DNA from: Phoronis australis
Lineage: Eukaryota > Animalia > Phoronida
Reading direction: 5' to 3'
Length of the DNA stretch: 64,000 nucleotides
NCBI GenBank assembly: GCA_002633005.1
Contig: NMRA01000279.1
Coordinates: 259,233 to 323,232 of the forward strand
In this document: one piece after another, positions 48,653-59,236 of the stretch
Layout of the letters: each line of letters starts with the position of its first letter
Numbering within the stretch: the stretch's first letter is position 1
Notes under the pieces: model-generated
What the model was told of the DNA's origin: nothing
What the model saw: only the letters and a program-made list of their open reading frames with translations
The model's database searches: none
Translations under genes and position numbers: made by a program

Positions 48653-49950
48653 ATTCTAACCACTAAACAATTGCAAGGGAAACACAGAGAACATGATTAC
48701 ATGTACATATAGCTAGCACCATTTGAATATAGTTTTCGTATTAACGCCTGAGTATTGTTCACTAAAGAAAATGCTCACATACTTTCGACTCTTGTGACTA
48801 TTGCCAAATTTATGGACTTCAACAAAGGAAGCTACATGGGGGTTATAGATGCAGTGATATGAGAGTGTACAGACAGACATTTGTACCAATGACATCACGC
48901 CACCATTGAGATTATCCATTGACAACACTGAACCCTTCATTGTCACCTGAATAATTAGACTTTAATGCTTTTTGATATTTTGACCATGCCACATTATTGA
49001 CTCAGTAAACCAACCCTGGCACAGGGTCATTGTCACATTACTAATGGGTACCACTCCATATACCCACGATATTCCACTGCCCTCTCATACTACTTAATGT
49101 ATCTACTGAGTATTTGGTGTTTTTAAAGGGACTCTGTCCACAACACAGGAGTCACATCACCACGCGAGGAAAGAGACAGACTGAGACCAAGAACCCAAGT
49201 CACATCTCCGAACTAGAACCCAGAACAAGTGTTTATGTTTGCTTACTTCAATATATTCTAGTTTACGCAAATGTGTTTCCTAGTGCAAGTCTAAATTTGA
49301 TGACCCACTTGATACCCATGAAGCAGGCCTGGAGTAAACAAATGCGAACTAGGATTAGATGTTTATCTACGTCAACCATATTATACTAGAGTGCAGAATA
49401 ACAGGCTCGTATCTTATTAGTTCATACTGAAGTTCAGCAGAAAATATCAAAAATAATTTTGAGTTTGGAGAGAATCACTTTTGGAAACAGAACAATAAAA
49501 AACTCACATTCTGTCACATCTATGCAAACTTAGACAGTGGTGAGGTTATGTGAATCAAAATGCAAACTTTCAGCTAATACTTCACATCATACTGATACCA
49601 GTTTCAAAACCCGGATGCCATCAACAGAAAAAATGCTTCAGGTTGAGATTCACCAAAATTTTAAACTAAATCGCTCTAGATCATTTAACACTGGCATCAA
49701 ACATACTCACAGTTCTTTTATCCACAGGTAACAATAACTAACTAAAAATGCATACCATTGAACTTCAATAAATTTTACAACAATCCAGGGCTTCAATGAG
49801 AAATGGAGTGAATTGGTGGCACTGGTAATATTCGAATTGCTTTGCTTAAAAAAACTCTTGCGTCCAGAAAAACATTACATTGCCTACTAAATACTGCAGC
49901 CGAGCGGGAACCACACCTGATTGCAGGGAGGTGGGGCACTAGAGTCTGTT

Positions 49951-52900
49951 TTACTTGCTGGCAGGTTTTCTGGTCATTTTCTTTGACTTGTCACTATTTA
50001 TAGGTGGGGGGTCAGCAGTAACGTTCATCCGGCGTCCATGAAGACTGAAAGATGTATTAAGAGAGATGAATCAAGTAGATTCGTAGATCAATATACAGTG
50101 GATAATCGGCACACAGCAGATGGCGCATCATGTGCGGAAAAATAGCTGTAGATCTGATCAATCTCCTTCATGTTGGGTAATTTTTGCTGTGCAAGACCAA
50201 AGTCACATTGTGTGTGTGGAGGGTGTGCAGGATATGCCTTGTTACAAGTTGCAATCTTCAAGCCTATAAACACACTTTTGTCATTGTCGAGACTGAAAAA
50301 ACCGTTGAGTAATTCTCAAAGAAGTCATGTTGTGGACCGAGTTAACTGTAGTTACTGCGAACAGTTTCACATTGGAATGACGAACAGCATTCTTAGCATC
50401 AGAGTCAAAGAAGACTGAAAACACACACACACACAGTGCTGTTCTCAATCATTCCTTGACAACTGGTCACACTATAGATTGCTCTGGTGTTCAGATCCTA
50501 GACAAGGATAATGCCACCCTCGGGCTCCTCATAAAGGAGACTATGCATATACGGTTGAATCATGTTTAGCGTTACCTCAATAGAAACATTGGTTCATTTA
50601 AGCTCCAACTGTTTTGATTTCTGGTCTCTCGCCCTCACTACGCATTTTGACGTGTACCTGTACAGTCTCTTCTCTACCTGTGTCGCCTGTTTTGAGTCTG
50701 TGAACTGTTTCCTTGACAATGGTTTAGAGTAATAAACCGGTATGTCGTTATTTACTTACGCGCTAAAATTTAAAGTTCGTGCTTCTGTTCTGGCCTACAG
50801 AATGCAAACTTACTATTTGTAGGTGTCAGACCGAATGAAGTCGAACACATGGGATATCCCTAATTGGAACTGGTCGGCAATGGGGGTTACCCAGGGATTC
50901 TTCTCTGCTTTAAATACTGTCTTCATGCCAACAAGATCCAAGTTACCTGAGGAAAAACAAGAATGCCGGAATGCAATGTCTAACTTTAGACTAAGTAAAT
51001 GAAATGTACACAACTTTGATACATAATATACACAGTTTGCAACTAAATCTTTCAAACTTTCCCACAAGAAAACAATGACAAGTTTCATGATTCCCAAACT
51101 GCCATGAAGATGAACTATCCACACATTTTGGATCTGGAGTGGGTAACTAGTCCACATAGGGTCTTAGGATTTTACAGACGGTTGTAAATCATGGGTGTTA
51201 GTAAATAATGGGTGTTACTAATTACAATATGACTTTTGAAACTGACATGCAAGGTCAGAGAAAGTAGTTCTTTGTGAACCCAGCTCTGAGCCATAACATT
51301 GCCCCAGGTGACCTGTGTCAGTCAACACAGCTCAACAGAGTTTATGGTCCTTGCTTAGAAGATAATTGGTTTATTACCCCCTATGGGTTTTGAATAGCGA
51401 GGTCCTGTATGAATAACATTCTTTTCATCAAAGTAATATCTACCTAGCTCTGGTGGCAGGACTCTCAACCGATTGCCCTGAATATGGAGCTCTTTAAGCC
51501 GTTGCAGTTTTCCTATCTCTTTAGGTAAAGAGAGCAGGTCATTGTCTCGTAAAACAAGCTGTAAAGAGAGACGCAACAACAAAATGAAGGAACTATGTGA
51601 CTTCTGGCAGTCTTAGACTAGGAAATAATACTTAGGTCAACACTTTCAACCTCCACAAAATTCCTGATCTAAATTTGAAATTTAAGGTTAAAACCATGAA
51701 TTCCAAGTAACAAACAGTTCTTAAAATGGCTGCAAGGGACGCTATTTTCAAAATTTCGTTAGGTTCTTGGTTGAAAGTATGCTTTTCGTTGCTAGTTTTG
51801 ACTAAACAAGCTACAAATTTACAAATATTTACCATTTTAACACAGTCACTTAAATTCGCAAAAATTTCTGTTACAATTAGATGCAGTTTCTCAATGAATT
51901 TCAAGCTGCACAGTAGCAATCACACTGAAAGCTGTGGGACCTCGGTCCATGAACAGCCCTGTGTCACCATAAACTTGGCTTCTAGAGGTGAAAACAATGA
52001 ACATTTACGATGAACATGCATGGCAATTGGCCCAGCCATGTTTATCTTTACACCAAAATTTCACTCGGTAGAGGGTGCTTTTCTCGTCTACTAAAAATGC
52101 AAAGCTAATCCCTGTTTACTGTGCAGTTTTGGATGTGATTGACAACATGGTGGCGTCACATGACACCGTAAATTCTAAATTTGGAAAACAGGTCAGCTGT
52201 ATCACCTTAAAAAGTTGTATCTCCCCTCAACACTACTAAGATTATCACACTTGATCCACACCTACCCTCACTACTACTTAGATTGTCATACCTGATCCAC
52301 ACCTACCCTCACTACTACTTAGATTGTCATACCTGATCCACACCTACCCTCACTACTACTTAGATTGTCATACCTGATCCACACCTACCCTCACTACTAC
52401 TTAGATTGTCATACCTGATCCACACCTACCCTCACTACTACTTAGATTGTCATACCCGATTCACACCTTCCCTCAATACTACTTACAATCTGTAGGTTCT
52501 TCAGTCGTTCTATCTCAGGAGATAAGGTCTCAAAGTCGTTGTCTCCAAGGAACAGACCTCTTAGAGTATCTAAAGACAGCAAACAACAGTCAAAAGAGTA
52601 CCAAAACACAGTTAACCTTTATACAGTAAAGTACACGGCTCAGAGTGCTGGCCTTGATACAGTATACGGTGAAATGCTTGGTAACATGTTCACTCAACTC
52701 AGAAAAGTTCAATGGCATGATTACTTCACAAGGCCATGCATTCAGCCCATCAGATACAGTGAGAATTCTTCAGTTTGGGACACGACATGGTGGAAAGATT
52801 AATTTCATTATGTAAAATTTCTCAACAAATACAACTTTTCAGGAAAGTTTACTTCGCTTTTAGCATGGTTTGTATTGCCACACAACATTTGGTAAAATTT

Positions 52901-55900
52901 TGAGCATTTGAACAATGTGGTAAGGCTATGAAAAATAGAAATATGGATGGCAATTATGGCAATAATTTTGGTCTCAAATTGAAGAATGTTTACCGTACAT
53001 TGCATTTTAGATTAGTTGGACAAACTACATTACTCAGGTAACATTTGCCATTGGTGATTCAAGTTTAACAGTATTAATTACAACTGACAAAAGCACAAAT
53101 TGTGATGATACTGGACTCAAAATATTAGTTTTTATACTACCCAGTTGAAATATTTTTCTCTCTACGTAATTGTGCCAGTTTTGCTTGAATAATTACAACA
53201 AGTCCACGACAAAAGCATCAGTTCTGCTTGAAAGTACACAACAGTCACACTTAGTAAAATGGCTGCAGTGCCCAAACTCTCAGCGCCAAACTGAGGAAAA
53301 TAATAACAACGGACTGAGACTAGACAATAGGTGGCGCTCAACATTGGGTTGATGGTTTTTGGCTTAGGTCCACTGAGTTCCAGCTTTCTTTTACATAGGG
53401 TAGAAAAACCTTGAAAGTATGAAGGGCCAAAGACATTAAAAACACTACCACATGCACAGCGGGCAACTTAAAAAACAACGGAATATACAGTAAATTGACA
53501 ATTTTTATCCCAAAGCCACCACTCGCATTATGAGTGATTACAATAAAAAAAATGAATTTAGCCTGCCAAAACTTTGCTGACTACAAAAAAGGTTAAAGGC
53601 AGGTGCCGACCACTCAGTTTTTACCAAAATCTGATGCGTCTGAAGGTCACCCGAATTTCTTACTGAATTTCAACTTCCAACTTGCTTTTAGTAAAGGTTT
53701 GGAAAAAACCTTTGTTGCCTGAACAAAAATGAGTCAAAGGGTCAACAACTTGCACTCGTTCAATTTGAACGAGCTGAAATTTCAAGTAAATGCCGTTTGT
53801 GACCTTCACAAACAGTACAAAGCTCAAAATGACCACCCAACTCAGCAGTCACCAATTTCTAAAAATTGAGGGAGGAAAATTTAACTGTTAAAAACAATTG
53901 CTAAAGGTAAAAATTCTTCAATTTGGGACAGAATATAGCGGGTAGGTGAAATTTCATTTTGTAATTAACAAATTTCTCAACAAATGTAACTTTTCAGGAA
54001 AATTTACATTGCTTTTAGCATGGTTTGCAAGATGAAGCCATTACCAAACATTTGGTAAAGTTTTGAGCATTTGCGACAATGTGACAGGCCTCTGAAAATA
54101 GAAATATTATAATTTTAGCAATAACTTTGTCCCGAATTGAAGGAAGACTCTTTACTGTAACGTGTGCTATTTCCTTATAAACACTCAGTACCTAACATGA
54201 AGAAGTTGCCTGGTAGGCTGTTTTCGTTCAGGTTATTGTAGGTAAGGTCCAGCATCTCCAAGACAGGGAACGCACCGAATCCCCGCGGTAATGAGCTGAG
54301 GTAATTCATCCTGGCAAAGATAAGGAAAGGGATGACATCATTTGAAACTTGGGTGGTTTGCTCCAGTTTTCAAGAACTTAGACATTCGGATCTTTATGGG
54401 CAGTATTCTAAATTATGATCAATCAACACTCAATGACGAAATTTATAGTTTCAGTTAATCTGCATGTTGACAATCATGTTGTCATATTAACAGAGAAATA
54501 AGTTTTATAAATCATAATGTTTCAATATTCATTTCACCACTGGAGAAAAGTGGTGCCCAACAAAATCTCTCTTCTTTAAAATAAGTGAAAGTGCTGGAGA
54601 TGTAATTCATCTTACACTAAATTCAATGACTGAAGTCTTGGCCTTGATTGAGCACAGTGCTGTAACCTATCTTACCCTAAATTCAACGACTTCAGCTTTG
54701 GCATTGAGCACAGTGTTGTTGGCAGCTCCTCAATTTGGTTGTTGAACAAATTCAGTGACTCCAAGTTGGTCAGTTCTGCTATGTTGGGAGGGACCACTGA
54801 AAAAAACACCAAGTTCTTGTACATGGAGTCTGCTTCTGTTACAGTGACACCAGTAAATTGTCAAAATCACTCCATTTGAAAGTGTACTGCGTTGTTGCAT
54901 ACATTCAGAATGCAATGATCACAATTTTGATTAAACTAACGAAGACACTCACCCAAGAGTGTGTCATGTGTGAGCGCAGTCAGCTTGCATTTTACAGAGA
55001 AACTCACCTGAGAGTTTGTTGTGCGCGAGTGTGAGTCTTGTTAGGCCTCTCAACGTAACTGAAAATGAACGTGTGTATACTTTTATCTGCTGCAACTTAT
55101 ATCAAGTCTGAGTTATAGCAGTAAGTTGCCTTAATCAATACTTCGCTTCTTAGACAGAACATGGATTTAAAGCCGTTTTAATTCCATAAAAATGGATACA
55201 CTACAACGAATGTGATATGCCTGACCAAATTCTTATTTACACTGGGTTGGCTGAGCTATAAACAAATTCTCATGAGTCGCAGGGTTCCCCCAGAAGGAAC
55301 AAAGACAGAGAGTACAGGTACATACTTAGCTACTCGTTCAATCAATAATGCGACAAAAAAGGCACTGGATGAGTAGAAGCTCACTGGCTGATCGCCCAAA
55401 TGCAGAGTGAATTTTCAGAGTGTTTTGGTACCCTACCGTTCTTCTGTGACGAGTTGAAATAAATAGTCTCCTCAGTGAGTTGTTCTTACTTCGACATCAG
55501 CCTTGTTGCAAACACACATGAAGAGCATTTCTGAAGCACCATTCGAAATAATTTCATTTCACTTATTTTCAAAACCGCAAAGGAGTGGAAACTAAATTTT
55601 GAGTCCCAGTTGTCATAGCATCTGAATCGGAGACATCGCATCCTATGACGCAGGATCTCAACACAGTTGTGTTGTTGGAAATGGTGCTAACCAAAGCCAT
55701 AGACAGCCTCCATTTTGTGCCACAGCAACTTAATTTTTCAAAAGAATTGTTCATTGCAGTTTTGAGAAGCCATGTTTACTCGGATCCAAACTTTCACATA
55801 GGCATGGCAGAGTCGTACGAAACTATTCAAATGAACTATTTTTTCATATATGGATGTAGACTGACTGCCTGCATAAGAGAGCAATGCCAATGCTATGATC

Positions 55901-57875
55901 AATGCTTTGACCCAGTAACTAAGAATCTGCCAGCATTCTGTACTGTCTGTGACCACGTCCCATGATGCAAACACTTTTTATGACACTTGCAAACAGAAAT
56001 TTTTAAAATAAAAATTGTGACACGGCAATTTCTAGGAGTAAGCAGGAAAGATGAAAAATGCTTATTTTTATCTTGTATCAGTGGCACTGCTGTGGAACCG
56101 ACGACATCACGAATTCTGAATGCACATTGCTACAGCATCAGCGTTTGAGTGAAGAGATTGCACCACTTTTCCCAACCAGGCCACTCAAAGAGATCTGAAC
56201 ATAAACCACACCTGTCCTCAACCACAGTGTAAGGAATCACACGTTCAGGTCTCGATACTCGTGAATTTATCTACACTGGCATCCAACAAAGATCCATGAT
56301 ACAGAAAGGCACGCACAAGACTCGATAGGTGGAAGGGGGTTACTCACCAGAGAAGGCCCCTCCCCCCATAAAACAGGATCCCTTTGTTGCTTCGCACAAT
56401 CAAGAGGAGTGTTGTGAATTTCCGGCTCCAGGTGTGGCTTACTATTACTAGAACTGTCGAATAGTCTCTCTAAATCGATTGCCTGTGGGCAATTGCTTTT
56501 TAGTTGAATGACTTGTCCGCTTAACTTTTATACTGAAGATTCTGGGCTTAAACATCAATACTACTGCTAGGCAATGACCATCGCCTCTGTTGGCCCGAAG
56601 CAGAGGCGATGTAGAGGCTATAGGCGCTCTGTACGCCGGAAGCTTTTCGGCGAATTATGCCTCGCACCGACTAAACCATCAAAGTCACGTTGTTACAAAT
56701 ACCTTTTGCGCATAGAGGAACACCTTAGGAGGTTGTCGATGTGTTTAATTCCTTCCAACTCGAACAAATACTCCCGTTATGAAACTTTTTCTTCGAGCAG
56801 TCCCTATTTCAGTTCCCAAAATCGTGAACTCAACTTTTTTATACTGCGCACGCTCCAATTCATGACCTCAATCTTTAAATAGGCCAAAGGTGAGCCATTG
56901 CGGTCTTGGCAGTCAAATGTTCGTTTCCAAAATGCCACCACTTATACTTGTCTTTAATTGGCGTTACTTGAAACTGATTGTATTTCAATGAATCATTGTT
57001 TGTATTTGATAAAAACAAATGCTGTTGATATGACATTTAATAGTCTTTTTGCACATATTTGACATTTTAATGTTTAACAACACGGCAAATGCACGGCTGG
57101 TTCCCGGCAGCACGTACGCGAAGGGCGGGAACTTCAGCTTTCAAAGTTCGCCGGTAGGTCCGCAACTTCTGACCTTCGGCCTGGTTAAAAAAATGAAAAA
57201 GTTGAGTTCACGATTTTGGGAACTGAAATAGGGACTGCTCGAAGAAAAAGTTTCATAACGGGAGTATTTGTTCGAGTTGGAAGGAATTAAACACATCGAC
57301 AACCTCGTAAGGTGTCCCTCTATGCGCAAAAGGTATTTATAACAACATGACTTTGATGGTTTAGTCGGTGCGAGGCATAATTCGCCGAAAAGCTTCCGGC
57401 GTACAGAGCGCCTATAGCCTCTACATCGCCTCTGCTTCGGGCCAACAGAGGCGATGGTCATTGCCTATACTACTGCATGCAATGGATTTCTCGACTATCA
57501 ACATTCAACAAAATACACATGCACACCTTTACATATTTTTCGTTTATGGGCCCCTCATGAAAATATGCTACCTTCAGTATATAAGTCCCAAGATGCCAAG
57601 ACTTACTTTTTTAAATTACGAACAGCTAAGCTAAATCAAAAAACATAAAGCAAACAGGCATCACAACCTATTCCAAATTTAGTGAACACTGTCACTGACT
57701 CGGCCTGACTGTCTGAGTCTAGGACTAGTTAAACCCAGTCCGTAATCAAGAACATTCTCGACTTACGCAAGGTTGGGTAATCGGTCAGGCTCGTGATCCC
57801 TTTATCAACAAGATCTAGTTCCAAGCTGTTGTGTTCTCTGCACTCATCAATCGCTTTCTTGACCTTTGATGACAT
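49951..57875 (-). CDS. RSU1: Ras suppressor protein 1 (leucine-rich-repeat, PINCH-binding focal adhesion protein)
   Basis: Exons 57767-57875, 55008-55058, 54676-54796, 54192-54310, 52487-52569, 51444-51558, 50814-50946, 49951-50044 (825 nt, 274 aa). Translation MSSKVKKAIDECRE..LTLAHNKLS VVPPNIAELTNLESLNLFNNQIEELP..LPRGFGAFPVLEMLDLTYNNLNENSLPGNFF..LRDNDLLSLPKEIG..LHIQGNRLRVLPPELG..NPWVTPIADQFQLGISHVFDFIRSDTYKY..DKSKKMTRKPASK* is collinear with vertebrate RSU1. Confidence 0.97.
50235..50750 (+). mobile_element. Penelope-like retroelement remnant (GIY-YIG endonuclease), degenerate, in RSU1 intron 7
   Basis: Translation IFKPINTLLSLSRLKKPLSNSQRSHVVDRVNCSYCEQFHIGMTNSILSIRVKED* / SAVLNHSLTTGHTIDCSGVQILDKD..LLIKETMHIR / LNRNIGSFKLQLF* fits the PLE pattern VVYxIxCxxC..YIGxT..LxxRxxEH..SA..H...GH..KE..I..LNR. 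A decayed hammerhead-like tail lies at about 50712-50748. Confidence 0.8.
52237..52490. repeat. 41-bp minisatellite (CCTACCCTCACTACTACTTAGATTGTCATACCTGATCCACA), about 6 units, abutting the RSU1 exon 5 donor
   Basis: Four to five near-perfect units with diverged terminal units. The terminal unit overlaps the ATT|GTAAGT donor on the minus strand. Confidence 0.92.
52757..52995. mobile_element. Tc1/mariner (pogo-like) MITE, copy 2
   Basis: TA|CAGTGAGAATTCTTCAGTTTGGGAC ... GTCTCAAATTGAAGAATGTTTACCG|TA. The interior aligns with 53904-54157. Confidence 0.72.
53904..54157. mobile_element. Tc1/mariner (pogo-like) MITE, copy 3
   Basis: TA|AAGGTAAAAATTCTTCAATTTGGGAC ... GTCCCGAATTGAAGG..TTTACTG|TA. 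It shares the interior AAATTTCTCAACAAAT..CTTTTCAGGAAA..GCTTTTAGCATGGTTTG. Confidence 0.72.
56568..57467. mobile_element. Young non-autonomous DNA transposon with ~270-bp TIRs and a perfect 9-bp TSD (MULE/Mutator- or AcademH-like)
   Basis: Arms 56568-56839 and 57196-57467 are reverse complements, with about 4 mismatches seen. Termini are TAGG...CCTA. The flanking direct repeat TACTACTGC is at 56559-56567 and 57468-57476. The ~357-bp spacer has no recognisable transposase. Confidence 0.9.
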
Positions 57876-57899
57876 TTTTAATGCAGATGTGTAACACTC

Positions 57900-58200
57900 C
57901 CAACAAACAGATTCACCGGAAGTGCCTAACAACATTTCTTATTTCATTTAAAAAGTTCTTTTATTTTTTACCATTTTAAGACTTTAATTCTTCTTTTATG
58001 CGATAAATCTAAGTCAAATAACTACCAAAATCTTCTAACAGCTTCAAAGCTTATAAAATAAGCGATGGAAAAGGTAAACAAACTTACAACTCTAACGCGC
58101 ATTAATATTTAATACTAGAAAAATTGAGTAGCGACATCTACCGGAAGTTTACAGAGACGTCCACGGAAGCATTTGATTATAGACTGTGATTTGATCAGGT
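57900..58200. promoter_or_regulatory. Probable bidirectional promoter region for RSU1 (-) and GNPTAB (+)
   Basis: Head-to-head ATGs at 57875 and 59237. ETS/GABP-type CCGGAAGT motifs at 57916-57923 and 58141-58148, plus CGGAAG at about 58164. The candidate GNPTAB 5'UTR intron runs from the donor CAG|GTGAAA at 58198 to acceptors at 59177 or 59218. Confidence 0.45.
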
Positions 58201-58879
58201 GAAAGTCGGCTTTTTTGCGAAGTGCAGCACGCTACACGTCTACCAACCAGCTGACTGGCTGCCCTTCTGTTGCGCATATTTAAGAATAGGAAACCACCTC
58301 ACAGTGGGTGGTTGAGAAGGTTCGGGCGATTTTTCGAAACACTTACTGGTACATGAACATGCGACACGTGCTGTTAGTTACTACTAAGTAATAATTTATA
58401 ATGCCACGTTATTCGTTATTATCCTAGTATAGGCCCACACCAATTTCGCGGGTTAATCTCTCAGGCTCAGCGGCAGGTGTCCAAGTCTTATAATTGTAAC
58501 ACTGGACGTAATAGTCACCTACCTGCTACATGGGCGGCACAACATGGGGGGGGGGGGGNAGGGGGGGGGGGGGGGGCTGTGGCCCCCACTTTTTTCAGTG
58601 CCGTGCTGCCCATGGTCTACTCTATAGGCAGTGCACCACAGTGGAGCTGAGGGCTTTAGCTCCCTACTGTTTTCAGTGTTGCACCTCCCATGTGCTAAGA
58701 GCTAGGTACCACATTTTTAGAACCAGTGTTTTCTACTGAACAAAAGGTCTGATCATATCACACCTATATGCTTTCTAGCCCTTTCTGGGCTTAAATCTAT
58801 TATTATTGTACATCGTATTTTCCGTAATGAACATTGTAAAAAAATGTAGACCCTGATCTAGAGAATCAGTTTCATCCAC

Positions 58880-59139
58880 AACATGCGCACCCAGAGGGGG
58901 CTTGGGGCTCAAATGAGCCCCCCCCCATTTGACGAAGTGGGCAAAAAGGTCCTCCTCAGAGAAACAAAAAGTCCAAGCAAACGAGACAAAAGTCTTAAAA
59001 AAGCGCATATGCATAGTTCACAGTTCTGAAGGTGAAGGTGGTACTCCATTTTTTTTAGTCCTCTCGCTTTTTTGTCAGCTAAAAGTCCACATCGCCAGAA
59101 ATTTGAGCCCCTCGATGTTAAAGGCTGGGTGCGCGCCTG
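58880..59139. mobile_element. MITE with GC-rich TIRs (Harbinger-like); a second small one at 58529-58614
   Basis: CATGCGCACCCAG ... CTGGGTGCGCGCCTG with internal TGAGCCCC motifs at both ends. The smaller element has CATGGGCGGCAC / GTGCTGCCCATG. Confidence 0.55.
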
Positions 59140-59236
59140 CACAAGCACTGAGTAATGTCCGTTTATTTTGTTTCAGCATGATGGTAGTGAGTGTACGTAT
59201 CTGTTGATTGACGTGCAGAACTGGTGATCAGCCATC

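Noticed and set aside
52237-52490. Regular 41-bp repeats resembling a CRISPR array
   Set aside because: Units are contiguous and identical with no unique spacers, lie in a eukaryotic intron and have no cas genes nearby.
56574-57461. Mirror-image ORFs of 102 aa (+) and 106 aa (-) with near-identical translation
   Set aside because: They are simply the two arms of the inverted repeat and show no recognisable protein motif.
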